Source: Bacteroidales bacterium
Lineage (GTDB): Bacteria; Bacteroidota; Bacteroidia; Bacteroidales; UBA932
Direction: 5' to 3'
Length of the DNA: 64,000 nt
NCBI GenBank assembly: GCA_045601245.1
Contig: JAZRZH010000052.1
Location: 48,975-112,974, forward strand
A program made the position numbers and the translations under genes. Below are positions 28,098 to 37,177 of the stretch, one piece after another. A model generated the notes under the pieces. It worked only from the letters and a program-made list of their open reading frames with translations. It was not told where the DNA came from and did not search any database. Within the stretch, counting starts at the first letter, position 1, and each line of letters begins with the position of its first letter.

Positions 28098-29207
28098 ATG
28101 AAAAGACTCATCGCAGCTTCCGCAGCCGTTCTTCTCTCGGCTTTACCTATGTTTTCACAAACCGTATCCGATACCGCACTGACAACAGAGGAAGAAGAGA
28201 CCGGACTTACGCTTTCCCTTATCCCAAGACTCGACGGTTCCATCCTTAATTGGAATGAAGGCAACGGCAATGTAAACTCCTACACACTAGGAAACTCGAT
28301 TCTCTATTCCATACTCGATGGCAATATCACCGATAACCTGTCGGTCTATGCCTGTTTCCATCTCCTCGCCCCGGATCCGTCCTGGCTCTACACAAACACA
28401 TTCCATTCAGATGAATGCAGCTGGCTGGATATGCTTTCATTTACATACAGCCTCGGTAATTTCGATATCTCGCTCGGCAAAGAGAATCTCGCATTCGGGG
28501 GATTCGAGCAGGATGCCGACATCTGCGATCCATATCTTGACCTCAGCACCAACTCCTGGCACAATATCCAGTCTTTCCTCTGGGGCGGCAGACTCGCATA
28601 CAACTTCGGTGAGGATCAGAATGTTTTTTTCCAGGGCCTTGCGTCACCTTGCAGTATATATCCTTTCCAGGACAAGCTTTTCTGCGCCACTGTGGGCTGG
28701 AACGGCAGCATAGGCAACTATGAGACAATGTGGTCATTCGGCAATATGAAAACCGGAGACGAGACTCCGGGCTATGAGAACCTCAAGCTCCTCTCCCTCG
28801 GCAACCGGCTCACCCTTGGAGATTTTGTCACCACACTCGACATCAACTTCAGAGCGTTCTCATTCAAGAGTTTCTTCAACGAAGAGATGAGTTCCCTCCT
28901 CGATGTACGCTACTGCTTCCCGAAAGTCGAAATATTCGCAAAGGGAGGTTGGGAATACTGCCACGCGGATGATTTCAACTACTTCGCATACGATGAAGAG
29001 GATGCCACCTGGAATGTGGACGGCACCATCGTCCCGAACTACATCTACGATTCCAAGGATTACCTCTTCGCTGGTCTCGGCGTGGAGTATTATCCGCTTG
29101 CTGACCGCAGCCTCAAACTCCATCTCGTAGGCGCAGCAAACAACTATAACAACGCCAAGTCCATCACCGCGGGCATCACATACTATTTCGATATCAACCT
29201 GAAATAG
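28098..29207 (+). CDS. Putative porin / outer-membrane beta-barrel protein
   Basis: 369 aa with signal peptide [21 protein letters not shown], Gly/Asn/Tyr-rich beta-strand-like composition and a C-terminal ...[10 protein letters not shown]. Confidence 0.55.
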   Translation: MKRLIAASAAVLLSALPMFSQTVSDTALTTEEEETGLTLSLIPRLDGSILNWNEGNGNVNSYTLGNSILYSILDGNITDNLSVYACFHLLAPDPSWLYTNTFHSDECSWLDMLSFTYSLGNFDISLGKENLAFGGFEQDADICDPYLDLSTNSWHNIQSFLWGGRLAYNFGEDQNVFFQGLASPCSIYPFQDKLFCATVGWNGSIGNYETMWSFGNMKTGDETPGYENLKLLSLGNRLTLGDFVTTLDINFRAFSFKSFFNEEMSSLLDVRYCFPKVEIFAKGGWEYCHADDFNYFAYDEEDATWNVDGTIVPNYIYDSKDYLFAGLGVEYYPLADRSLKLHLVGAANNYNNAKSITAGITYYFDINLK

Positions 29208-29220
29208 CGACCTGCGGCGG

Positions 29221-30012
29221 ATGGGTGCATTCAAATGGATAGGCGGCCTGCTGGGCTGGGCATCTGGAGGTCCGATCGGCGCGCTGATCGGTTATCTGCT
29301 CGGCTCTGTGGTCGAATCTGCCGTTTCAGTACGGGTCATCAATATGAACAATCCCGGGCAAAACGGCGGCTCTACATATGAAAGACGGACATACAGCAAC
29401 AGAACATCAGGGTACAGCGCCGAGCAGCAGCGCAACAGCTTTCTCGCGAGCCTGATGGTTCTCTCTTCCGCCGTCATACGCGCTGACGGGAAGACCCTCC
29501 AATCCGAGATTAACTATGTCCGCGCATTTGTGCGCAACAACTTTGGTTTTCCGGCCGAAAACGAGGCCATACGCATTCTCAACGAGCTTGAGAACAAGCA
29601 GATCAACATTTACGAGGTTGGCTCACAGATTGCCGCGAATATGAATTATTCGCAGCGTCTGCAGTTGTTTCACTACCTTGCTGACATTGCAAATGCAGAT
29701 GGGAGTGTCTGCAGGCAGGAGATCGACATACTTCACGCAATTGCCTCAGCTATCGGTCTATCATCGGCCGATACCGAATCCATCCTGGCGATGTTCAAGA
29801 AGGCCGACACGTCGGCAGCATATACAGTACTTGAAATCAGTCCGTCCGCTACAGACGACGAGGTCAAGAAGGCTTACCGCCGTCTGGCTATGAAATACCA
29901 CCCGGACAAGGTCGCACAGCTCGGCCCGGACGTGCAGAAGGCCGCCGAAGCCAAGTTCAAGAGCATCCAGGAGGCATACGAAACCATCAAGAAGGAACGC
30001 GGCATCAATTAG
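29221..30012 (+). CDS. djlA: DjlA-like co-chaperone (N-terminal TM, TerB-like domain, C-terminal J domain)
   Basis: 263 aa with an N-terminal hydrophobic segment. The C-terminal J domain is [30 protein letters not shown], carrying the HPD motif. Confidence 0.7.
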   Translation: MGAFKWIGGLLGWASGGPIGALIGYLLGSVVESAVSVRVINMNNPGQNGGSTYERRTYSNRTSGYSAEQQRNSFLASLMVLSSAVIRADGKTLQSEINYVRAFVRNNFGFPAENEAIRILNELENKQINIYEVGSQIAANMNYSQRLQLFHYLADIANADGSVCRQEIDILHAIASAIGLSSADTESILAMFKKADTSAAYTVLEISPSATDDEVKKAYRRLAMKYHPDKVAQLGPDVQKAAEAKFKSIQEAYETIKKERGIN

Positions 30013-30019
30013 AAATAAT

Positions 30020-30700
30020 ATGAGAATAGATATCCTTACCGTAGTACCGGAACTGCTGGAAAGTCCGTTGAATTATTCGATAGTCAAACGCGCCCGTGAC
30101 AAGGGGCTCGTGGAAATCCACGTGCACAATCTGCGCGAATATGGCAAGGGATTCTACCGGCAGGTGGATGATTACAGCTACGGCGGTGACGCCGGGATGG
30201 TAATGATGGTGGAGCCGGTATGGCAATGCATCAACGACCTGAAGGCCGAGCAAGATTATGACGAGATCATCTTCACCGCTCCGGACGGCGACATCCTCAC
30301 CCAGGGCATTGCAAACGAACTTTCCTGCAAGAAGAACATAATAATTCTCTGCGGACATTACAAGGGCATCGACCACCGCATCAGGGAACATATCATCACC
30401 CGTGAGATATCCGTCGGAGACTATGTCCTGAGCGGCGGAGAAATTCCTGCTGCAATCATCACAGATGCCATCGTGCGCCTGCTTCCGGGTGCCCTCGGAG
30501 ATGAAACATCCGCCCTCTCCGACTCATTCCAGGACAATCTTCTCGCCCCGCCGGTATACACCCGTCCTGCCGAATTCAACGGCTGGAAGGTACCGGACGT
30601 GCTGCTCTCCGGTGACCCTAAAAAAATCAAAGCCTGGCAGGATGCACAGGCTTTGGAACGTACGGCGCGTCTGCGTCCCGAACTTCTGAACCAGGACTAG
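30020..30700 (+). CDS. trmD: tRNA (guanine37-N1)-methyltransferase
   Basis: 226 aa: [17 protein letters not shown]..., [35 protein letters not shown]. Confidence 0.92.
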   Translation: MRIDILTVVPELLESPLNYSIVKRARDKGLVEIHVHNLREYGKGFYRQVDDYSYGGDAGMVMMVEPVWQCINDLKAEQDYDEIIFTAPDGDILTQGIANELSCKKNIIILCGHYKGIDHRIREHIITREISVGDYVLSGGEIPAAIITDAIVRLLPGALGDETSALSDSFQDNLLAPPVYTRPAEFNGWKVPDVLLSGDPKKIKAWQDAQALERTARLRPELLNQD

Positions 30701-32691
30701 TCTATGGCGTCCAACCTAGCCAGGACTGACTTATAGAGATTTCCCTTATCCTCCATATGAGTGCGGATTGAGCATACAAATTTATTGTTCTCGAAAGTTG
30801 TTCCCCTCGCCTGCTCAAAATCCTTCAGCTTGTCAGCCGCATCGCCATCAGCGCCGAAACCGGTCATAGCGCTGAGTGAAAATTCCTTGCTGGCGTCATC
30901 ATAATACATCTGGTCCATTGTCTGGACTGAATGGTTCCACTTGTTGATAATTGACATTATATCATCCTTTCCTGCTTCAGCCAGATCGATTCCGTAATAC
31001 TTACTGATAGCCTCATAAGCCCAGGCCCATTCAAACGTATAATAGTTATCATGAATCTTATGGAAACGGCTATTAACTTTATGATAATCAGAAACAAGCC
31101 CATTTTCAATATCATTAAGCAAATTATGGACTTCAGTTTTCGGAGCAATCATTCCTCCCACATCCACCCAGTCTCCGAGCCCGTCATCCGATTCAGGGCT
31201 CAGCGCTTTGCGCAGAGAATCGATATCAGTGAATTCCGAATTCTGTATTCTTGTAATAAGCGAATTGCCGAGGAATTTATTAATGGCCATATCATAATAG
31301 ACAAGACCTTTCTCCAAAGAAGTACGGCGTATTCTGCCGCTTTGGAATGTATATTCAGCCGATGTGCGCCCCGATACCCGTTGCATTTCCTTTAAAATAG
31401 CGATAGCGTTAAACATCTTCTGCACCGTATAAGGGCTTAACAGATTATAATTGATACAATCTAGCAGTTCCTCTTTATCAGTACGGGCATCCCGGTCAGG
31501 CCATTTACGGGCATCCCGGATTGTGCCGACACTGTGCAGATTGGCGCCAGGGACAATATATGTCGATGTGTTCTCCTCTATCAGGTATGAAAATGGCAGA
31601 TTGGACGTATCCTGATGGCTTACGTGACGGCCCATAACCAGGGAAAAAGCCCCCACCTTAGCAGGCCATAGCACATATGAATCAGAGGCCGTCTTTGCGC
31701 CTCGCTCCATAATACCCTGATGTACAGGGCCGAGCTTATAGAGATGATTGCTCTGATTAGAGCCGGATCCTGCATTCATAAATGAAAACATACCGGCTAT
31801 CAGCAGAGTGGATTTGTGATGTGTCACGGTATATGGTCCGGCGAATATTGCGCAAGCTTCTCCGTTTTCACCGAAACAGTTCGCAAAGAACAGGGAATCA
31901 GTTGCGGAATAAGTACGTCCCAGCTCACACGACTGCCCCACAAAGCAGCGCTGCAGTGTGACTCCGTCAGTCACCGATGTACCGCTGCATATAATGAAGT
32001 CATCGGCAATGACGCCATTACCGATATGGGACGGAGCCGAGGCATTGCAATTGACAGTCCCGTTCTTGAGCCTGCGTGCTCCCTCTATCCGACAACAATC
32101 TCCAATCCTCACATTCTTGATATAACCGGCATCCACAATTGTAACATTACTGCCGATAATACCTCTGGAAGATGTTACAGAATCCGCATAATCATTAATA
32201 ATGCGCTCAAGGGCTGCAACCGCTTCAGGCCGATAACGATAAAGAGCAAGGATATATGCCTGTTGTGCAGACAGCTTGTCATATATTGTAACTTCACGCC
32301 CGCCTGTTTCATTCAGGACACACACTTTCACTCCATTGCCGAAGGACGATTCGCCTTCAGTCAGGATTATGTCGACATTTTCAATAAAGGTATTGTCTCC
32401 TATATCGTAGTTGGCAATATAATTACCGATATTTTCTATCAGGCAGTTGTCACCAACAGCAGTATTGTGCAGCGTAGCCTTATACACGCCGCAACTCTTT
32501 GAAATTCCTCCTGATAACTGTATCTTGCCATCAAAGACACCCAGTCGGATATCACCGGACATTGTGACATTTCGGACGTGCTTTACAATAAACCCTTCCT
32601 TGACCAAGACACGGTCCCAGTCCTCAGCAACGCAGTTCTGCGACTTGAGAGACTCTATCTCATCAGAGGTAAGATGTCTGTATTCATTCAT
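30697..32691 (-). CDS. DUF4954-like left-handed beta-helix protein of unknown function
   Basis: The ORF-track start 32877 runs into galE. The ATG at 32691 gives [30 protein letters not shown]. Hexapeptide-like repeats ([30 protein letters not shown]) are followed by an ~300-aa helical C-terminal part. Confidence 0.6.
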   Translation of the reverse strand: MNEYRHLTSDEIESLKSQNCVAEDWDRVLVKEGFIVKHVRNVTMSGDIRLGVFDGKIQLSGGISKSCGVYKATLHNTAVGDNCLIENIGNYIANYDIGDNTFIENVDIILTEGESSFGNGVKVCVLNETGGREVTIYDKLSAQQAYILALYRYRPEAVAALERIINDYADSVTSSRGIIGSNVTIVDAGYIKNVRIGDCCRIEGARRLKNGTVNCNASAPSHIGNGVIADDFIICSGTSVTDGVTLQRCFVGQSCELGRTYSATDSLFFANCFGENGEACAIFAGPYTVTHHKSTLLIAGMFSFMNAGSGSNQSNHLYKLGPVHQGIMERGAKTASDSYVLWPAKVGAFSLVMGRHVSHQDTSNLPFSYLIEENTSTYIVPGANLHSVGTIRDARKWPDRDARTDKEELLDCINYNLLSPYTVQKMFNAIAILKEMQRVSGRTSAEYTFQSGRIRRTSLEKGLVYYDMAINKFLGNSLITRIQNSEFTDIDSLRKALSPESDDGLGDWVDVGGMIAPKTEVHNLLNDIENGLVSDYHKVNSRFHKIHDNYYTFEWAWAYEAISKYYGIDLAEAGKDDIMSIINKWNHSVQTMDQMYYDDASKEFSLSAMTGFGADGDAADKLKDFEQARGTTFENNKFVCSIRTHMEDKGNLYKSVLARLDAID

Positions 32692-32704
32692 GATAATTTC
32701 TTTT

Positions 32705-33733
32705 TCAAAGCGTCTGCTGCCACTTCCACGCTGACGCGAGGACATCTTCGACCGGGGTATCAGCACTCCACCCAAGGACTGTATTTGCCTTCGCAGGATT
32801 GGCCCACACCTGCTCAATGTCACCTTCGCGGCGCGGGCCGATACGGTAGTTGAGCTTGACACCGGTGGCACGCTCAAAGGCGTTCACCAACTCGAGCACG
32901 GAAAGTCCGCGACCGGTGCCGAGGTTGAATATCTCGAAGCGGCTGCGTTCCTCCTTTCCGGCGAAAAGCATACGGTCGATCGCCTTGACGTGAGCCTTTG
33001 CCAGATCGACGACATATATGTAGTCTCGGATGCAGGAGCCGTCAGGGGTATTGTAGTCGTTGCCGAAAACTGTCAGGCACTGACGGATGCCGGCAGCGGT
33101 CTGGGTGATGTACGGCACGAGATTCTGAGGGACTCCGTTAGGCAGTTCACCGATATGTGCTGACGGATGCGCTCCGATAGGGTTGAAATAGCGCAGTGCC
33201 GTGACAGCGAGTCCCGGATACGCGTGTACGCAGTCAGAGAGAATGTCCTCTGCCATCTGCTTCGTGCGGCCGTAAGGTGACGTGGCTGGTTGCAAGGGAG
33301 CATTCTCGGTAATCGGCAGATTCTCCTTAGTCGGCTGACCGTATACAGTGCAGGATGATGAGAATACGATATTTGCTGACTTGGCCTTCTCCACCATCAG
33401 TGTGATGAGATTTACCAAGCTCCGGATATTGTTATTGTAATACATCAGAGGCTTCTCTACGCTCTCCCCCACCGCCTTGCTGGCAGCGAAATGAATCGCA
33501 GCCTCGATGTCGGGATACTTCTCGAATACCTTTGCAAATGCATCATAATCCTTGCAGTCAACCTCCACGAAGTCAATTCTGCGACCCGTGATCTCCTCAA
33601 TGCCGTCCAGAACCTCTGGTCTTGAGTTTGAGAAATTGTCAACGCCAACGACATCATACCCTGAATTGATCAGTTCAACGGCCGTATGGGAGCCAATATA
33701 ACCGGTACATCCGGTAAGTAGTATTCTTGCCAT
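32705..33733 (-). CDS. galE: UDP-glucose 4-epimerase
   Basis: 342 aa: ILLTGCTGYIGSH (Rossmann), SSSCTVYG, YGRTK (YxxxK). Confidence 0.88.
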   Translation of the reverse strand: MARILLTGCTGYIGSHTAVELINSGYDVVGVDNFSNSRPEVLDGIEEITGRRIDFVEVDCKDYDAFAKVFEKYPDIEAAIHFAASKAVGESVEKPLMYYNNNIRSLVNLITLMVEKAKSANIVFSSSCTVYGQPTKENLPITENAPLQPATSPYGRTKQMAEDILSDCVHAYPGLAVTALRYFNPIGAHPSAHIGELPNGVPQNLVPYITQTAAGIRQCLTVFGNDYNTPDGSCIRDYIYVVDLAKAHVKAIDRMLFAGKEERSRFEIFNLGTGRGLSVLELVNAFERATGVKLNYRIGPRREGDIEQVWANPAKANTVLGWSADTPVEDVLASAWKWQQTL

Positions 33734-33736
33734 ATA

Positions 33737-34807
33737 TTAATCGTATTTTTTAATTTTTCTCCAAATAAACTGCCATAATCTATATCCAGGATACCATAGC
33801 ACCTCGGACGGATACTGTGTAATGAACCGCATCTGACGGACTGACTTGGTAATGAACTTCTTGAGACGGGAATCCTTGTCCGATGTCCTGTACCGAGGGT
33901 CAAACTGCCCGAAATTACCGGCTTTCATTATCTCAGCGAGCAGGAACTCACCGGCCCTGGCATCCGGCCTGCAGAGCATATACTGCGTATCGAGACCGAA
34001 CACCTTCTCCTCCACATACATCAGTGCCGAGGCGAAACGGTCCATCCTGAACCGCTTGAGCGTATCCATAACTTCCCGGCGGTCAGACGGGTCAAGATGC
34101 TGCAGTATATAGAAATAATCCATCACCTGACGCAGGCCCACGCCCTCTTCAAGCAGATGCCTGTAGATGTGGACCATCGAAAAGACCGCGTCAAACCTGA
34201 CATCCGGTGCGGCGAAGCCCCTGTCATCAAGAACGTTGTCAAATTGTCGCCCCTTATTGTCCCGAAAGAAAGTCTGAAGTCTTGCATTGATGCGCGGATT
34301 ATACATCCAGCTTGGCATAAAATGCACCTCGACCTCCTCTTTCTCGAACACGTCAACCTCGGCGTGGTGATAAACGATATTCGTAACCTTGAACCGGCTT
34401 CTGAGGAACTCTATGACAGCCTTCCTGTCACCGTCCACCCAGATGTCGATATCACCGGTCTGGCGAGCCTCAGGCTTCGGATAATAGCGTGCAACGGCCT
34501 GTCCCTTGATGATACAGGCATCAAATCCGGCATCCTTGAATATCCTGTATGCCTCAGCCGATTTTTCGTCCAACCGATGGTTATCCAAAGCGATTTTGCG
34601 CTGCATACACATCCATTTCATGAATGTCTGGTGTGACGGGAACTGTTCATCCGGAAGCTTGTCATAAAAGACATCAGCGAGAACACCGCCCAGCGATTGT
34701 TTGACCGCGGCCGAAGAAACCACAAGCCACTCCTCTTCACTCGGAACGGCATCGAATGAAGGTTTGCGCCCCATCGCAACTGATATCAGGTCGAAAAGAG
34801 TAATCAT
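33737..34807 (-). CDS. Uncharacterised nucleotidyltransferase-family protein (PF14907/NTP_transf_5-like)
   Basis: 356 aa with GDIDIWV, a pol-beta-type DxD nucleotidyltransferase motif. The N-terminus resembles the family commonly found in Bacteroides glycan loci. Confidence 0.55.
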   Translation of the reverse strand: MITLFDLISVAMGRKPSFDAVPSEEEWLVVSSAAVKQSLGGVLADVFYDKLPDEQFPSHQTFMKWMCMQRKIALDNHRLDEKSAEAYRIFKDAGFDACIIKGQAVARYYPKPEARQTGDIDIWVDGDRKAVIEFLRSRFKVTNIVYHHAEVDVFEKEEVEVHFMPSWMYNPRINARLQTFFRDNKGRQFDNVLDDRGFAAPDVRFDAVFSMVHIYRHLLEEGVGLRQVMDYFYILQHLDPSDRREVMDTLKRFRMDRFASALMYVEEKVFGLDTQYMLCRPDARAGEFLLAEIMKAGNFGQFDPRYRTSDKDSRLKKFITKSVRQMRFITQYPSEVLWYPGYRLWQFIWRKIKKYD

Positions 34808-34944
34808 CAGCTCCAGAACCCATTCGTTTCTCCAGAATCTTCGGCACCGGCTATTCCACAGCAGGACTGAAGAATATCCGTTCCTAAAGCAAGGATTCCC
34901 AATTCGAACTGATGGCGGATATTTTCAGACAATTCTATCTTCAT
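34807..34944 (-). CDS. Candidate unannotated small ORF, 45 aa (MKIELSENIRHQFELGILALGTDILQSCCGIAGAEDSGETNGFWS)
   Basis: Hand-translated from the 184-nt gap between the GT4 gene and the PF14907-like gene; it is below the 60-aa cutoff of the ORF track. It is ATG-initiated, and its TGA overlaps the downstream ATG as TGATG (34809-34805). No promoter box of its own was seen. Confidence 0.3.
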   Translation of the reverse strand: MKIELSENIRHQFELGILALGTDILQSCCGIAGAEDSGETNGFWS

Positions 34945-34991
34945 CTTCAAAACGAATAGTGTTGATTGTGGTAAATATAATAATAATTACG

Positions 34992-36107
34992 TCAATATCG
35001 TGTAATCCCGGACACATATTCCGCATAACGCTTCGCTACGCTATCCCACGTATACCCCACCGTGATCTTTCTGAAATTGTACCCGCACCAGCCAGCGAGA
35101 ATATCCGGCTCTGCGATGCAGTATTCGACAGCCTTGCGGATATCATCGTCAATCTCCGGCGCCACCCATACCGCCTTGTCCTTCTCAAGCACCTCACGGT
35201 TGGCTTCTATATCTGATGCAAGAATCGGAAGCTTGTAGCTCATCGCCTCTAGAAGCACAATTGAAAGACCCTCTATGGTCGACGGAAGGCAGAATACAAA
35301 CGCATTGCGGAGCAGCGCGTCCTTGTCAGCGCCATACACCGCCCCGGTAAAGATAATGTCAGAGCACCCTTCCCCGAGAGCGTGGAGATGTTCCACATAT
35401 TCCGGCATCGCATCATTAGAGCCGGCTATGACAAGCTTGAAACCATCGTGCCGCGCGGCACGGAAGCCGCGGATGAGATAATCCGGGTTCTTGTCCTGCA
35501 CCAGGCGGCCCATATAGAGGAAGTACCTTCCCTTTTCCAGCGCGTAGCGGCTCAGTACAGATGATTCGAACTGCGGTTCCTCCACCGGCAGATTGACCGC
35601 TGTCGGCATTGTGTACGGCAGCACACCGTAGTTCTTCTTGAAATACCGAGTCTGCGCTTCACTGCACATCAGGAGGTTCCGATTTGAATGTGCGGTGTAT
35701 TTCTCCATGAATTTCAGCACTTTCCGCTGACGCGGAGAGTACTTGCTGCGCTGCCATTCGTGGCCGTGGCCCATCATCAGAGAAGGGATTCCCGCTATCG
35801 TGGCGATCCAGCTCCAGAGCGAAGGCGGCCAGGCGTTGTAATGTATCAAGCTGACATCCTTCTCCTTGAATATCGTGCGCAACGTGGCCTTGAGCCCCAC
35901 CCACGGCTTGCAGAGCAGATTACTCTTCGGCCCCTTCATATAGATGACCTTCACCCCTTCCACCGACTCGACGGCGTTATGGTCGCTCTCGCAATAGACA
36001 ACAGCCTCGTGCCCCATCGACACAAGCCGTGTCGAAAGGTTATACATATAGTTCTCTATGCCGCCGAGAATATGAATGTCGCGGCAACCGATGAATACTA
36101 TTTTCAT
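34992..36107 (-). CDS. Glycosyltransferase family 4
   Basis: The ORF-track start 36116 is a TTG. The ATG at 36107 (MKIVFIGCRDIH) overlaps the radical SAM stop codon as ATGA. GT4/GT-B features are present, including an EX7E-like region EGLSIVLLEAMSYKLPILASD. Confidence 0.75.
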   Translation of the reverse strand: MKIVFIGCRDIHILGGIENYMYNLSTRLVSMGHEAVVYCESDHNAVESVEGVKVIYMKGPKSNLLCKPWVGLKATLRTIFKEKDVSLIHYNAWPPSLWSWIATIAGIPSLMMGHGHEWQRSKYSPRQRKVLKFMEKYTAHSNRNLLMCSEAQTRYFKKNYGVLPYTMPTAVNLPVEEPQFESSVLSRYALEKGRYFLYMGRLVQDKNPDYLIRGFRAARHDGFKLVIAGSNDAMPEYVEHLHALGEGCSDIIFTGAVYGADKDALLRNAFVFCLPSTIEGLSIVLLEAMSYKLPILASDIEANREVLEKDKAVWVAPEIDDDIRKAVEYCIAEPDILAGWCGYNFRKITVGYTWDSVAKRYAEYVSGITRY

Positions 36108-37177
36108 TTCTCGCAATCTGTGCAGGACGGTTCATCAACCACAGGGCGGATGCCCTGCAGGTCGTTGCTGCCGACGTGATAGAACGGGATGCAGGAGGTG
36201 TCCACGCGTCCGCCGCGCATCACCTTGAGCTTGTTCTTCACAATCCACGGAGCGATGCTGGTGATATATTTCTTCATCACCGGAGAGACGCTGCCGATCA
36301 TCCAGCAGCTCTTCGGGCAGTGTGCCACCTTGTCGCGTATCTCAGCGGCCTTCGGGCTGTTCCATATCTCCTCGAAAGATGCGGCCTCATTGAGGTTGCC
36401 CATTGTGTCGAACCAGTACCCCTCCTCCATTCCGTTGCAAGGCAGAATATTGCCGTACGGGTCGAGGAAGAAGTTCTCGCTACCGGCCTCGCAAGGCAGC
36501 ATCCTGCGGCCGCCGTTGATATAGTTGATCAAGCCGAGGTTGAAGAATGCGCGCGCCCAGGACTTCGGATGATTCTCCTTCATCAGGCGCTGGATCAGTT
36601 CGTCAAAGTTGCCGCAGACCTCTTCCTTGTTGGTAACGGCATTGTCATACTTGTGAAAATAGAAGGAATTGTGGAAGCTGGCGGTGGCGAACTGCATGTT
36701 CAGGTTCTTGCTGAGTTCGTAGAGGTCCAGCATATCCTTGGAATTGTTGTTGGACACCGTGATACCGAATCCTATGTCCTTGATGCCCATGCGACGGAGT
36801 TCCAGAAGGGTGCGGAGGCCCTTGTCAAAGCCGCCCTCGCGTCCGCGAAGTTCGTCGTTCTTGCAGCTCAGCCCCTCAATGCTGATGCGGTAGCCCACCT
36901 GCGGATATTTCTTCGCCATTTCGATGATCCTGTCTCCGAACCACCCGCTGGTGGAGAATACGATTCTCTCGGTCTTGGTGAGAAGTATCTTTACAATCTC
37001 CTCGATATCCTCGCGCACAAACGGTTCACCGCCCGTAATGTTTACGGAACGCATACGCGGAAGTTTCTTGAGAAGTTCCGGTTTGAATTCTTCAGATGGT
37101 TTTGTCGGGTTGTCCCAGATGTTGCACATCTTGCAGTGCATCGGACACCTGTAGGTAACTATTATTGATCCGTCCAT
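36104..37177 (-). CDS. Radical SAM enzyme with SPASM/twitch-like C-terminal Cys-rich domain
   Basis: 357 aa. CPMHCKMC (CxxxCxxC) lies 10 residues from the N-terminus, followed by ITGGEPF. The C-terminal CEAGSENFFLDPYGNILPC fits C-x12-G-x4-C, with further Cys in HCPKSC, TSC and SCTDC. Confidence 0.8.
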   Translation of the reverse strand: MDGSIIVTYRCPMHCKMCNIWDNPTKPSEEFKPELLKKLPRMRSVNITGGEPFVREDIEEIVKILLTKTERIVFSTSGWFGDRIIEMAKKYPQVGYRISIEGLSCKNDELRGREGGFDKGLRTLLELRRMGIKDIGFGITVSNNNSKDMLDLYELSKNLNMQFATASFHNSFYFHKYDNAVTNKEEVCGNFDELIQRLMKENHPKSWARAFFNLGLINYINGGRRMLPCEAGSENFFLDPYGNILPCNGMEEGYWFDTMGNLNEAASFEEIWNSPKAAEIRDKVAHCPKSCWMIGSVSPVMKKYITSIAPWIVKNKLKVMRGGRVDTSCIPFYHVGSNDLQGIRPVVDEPSCTDCEK

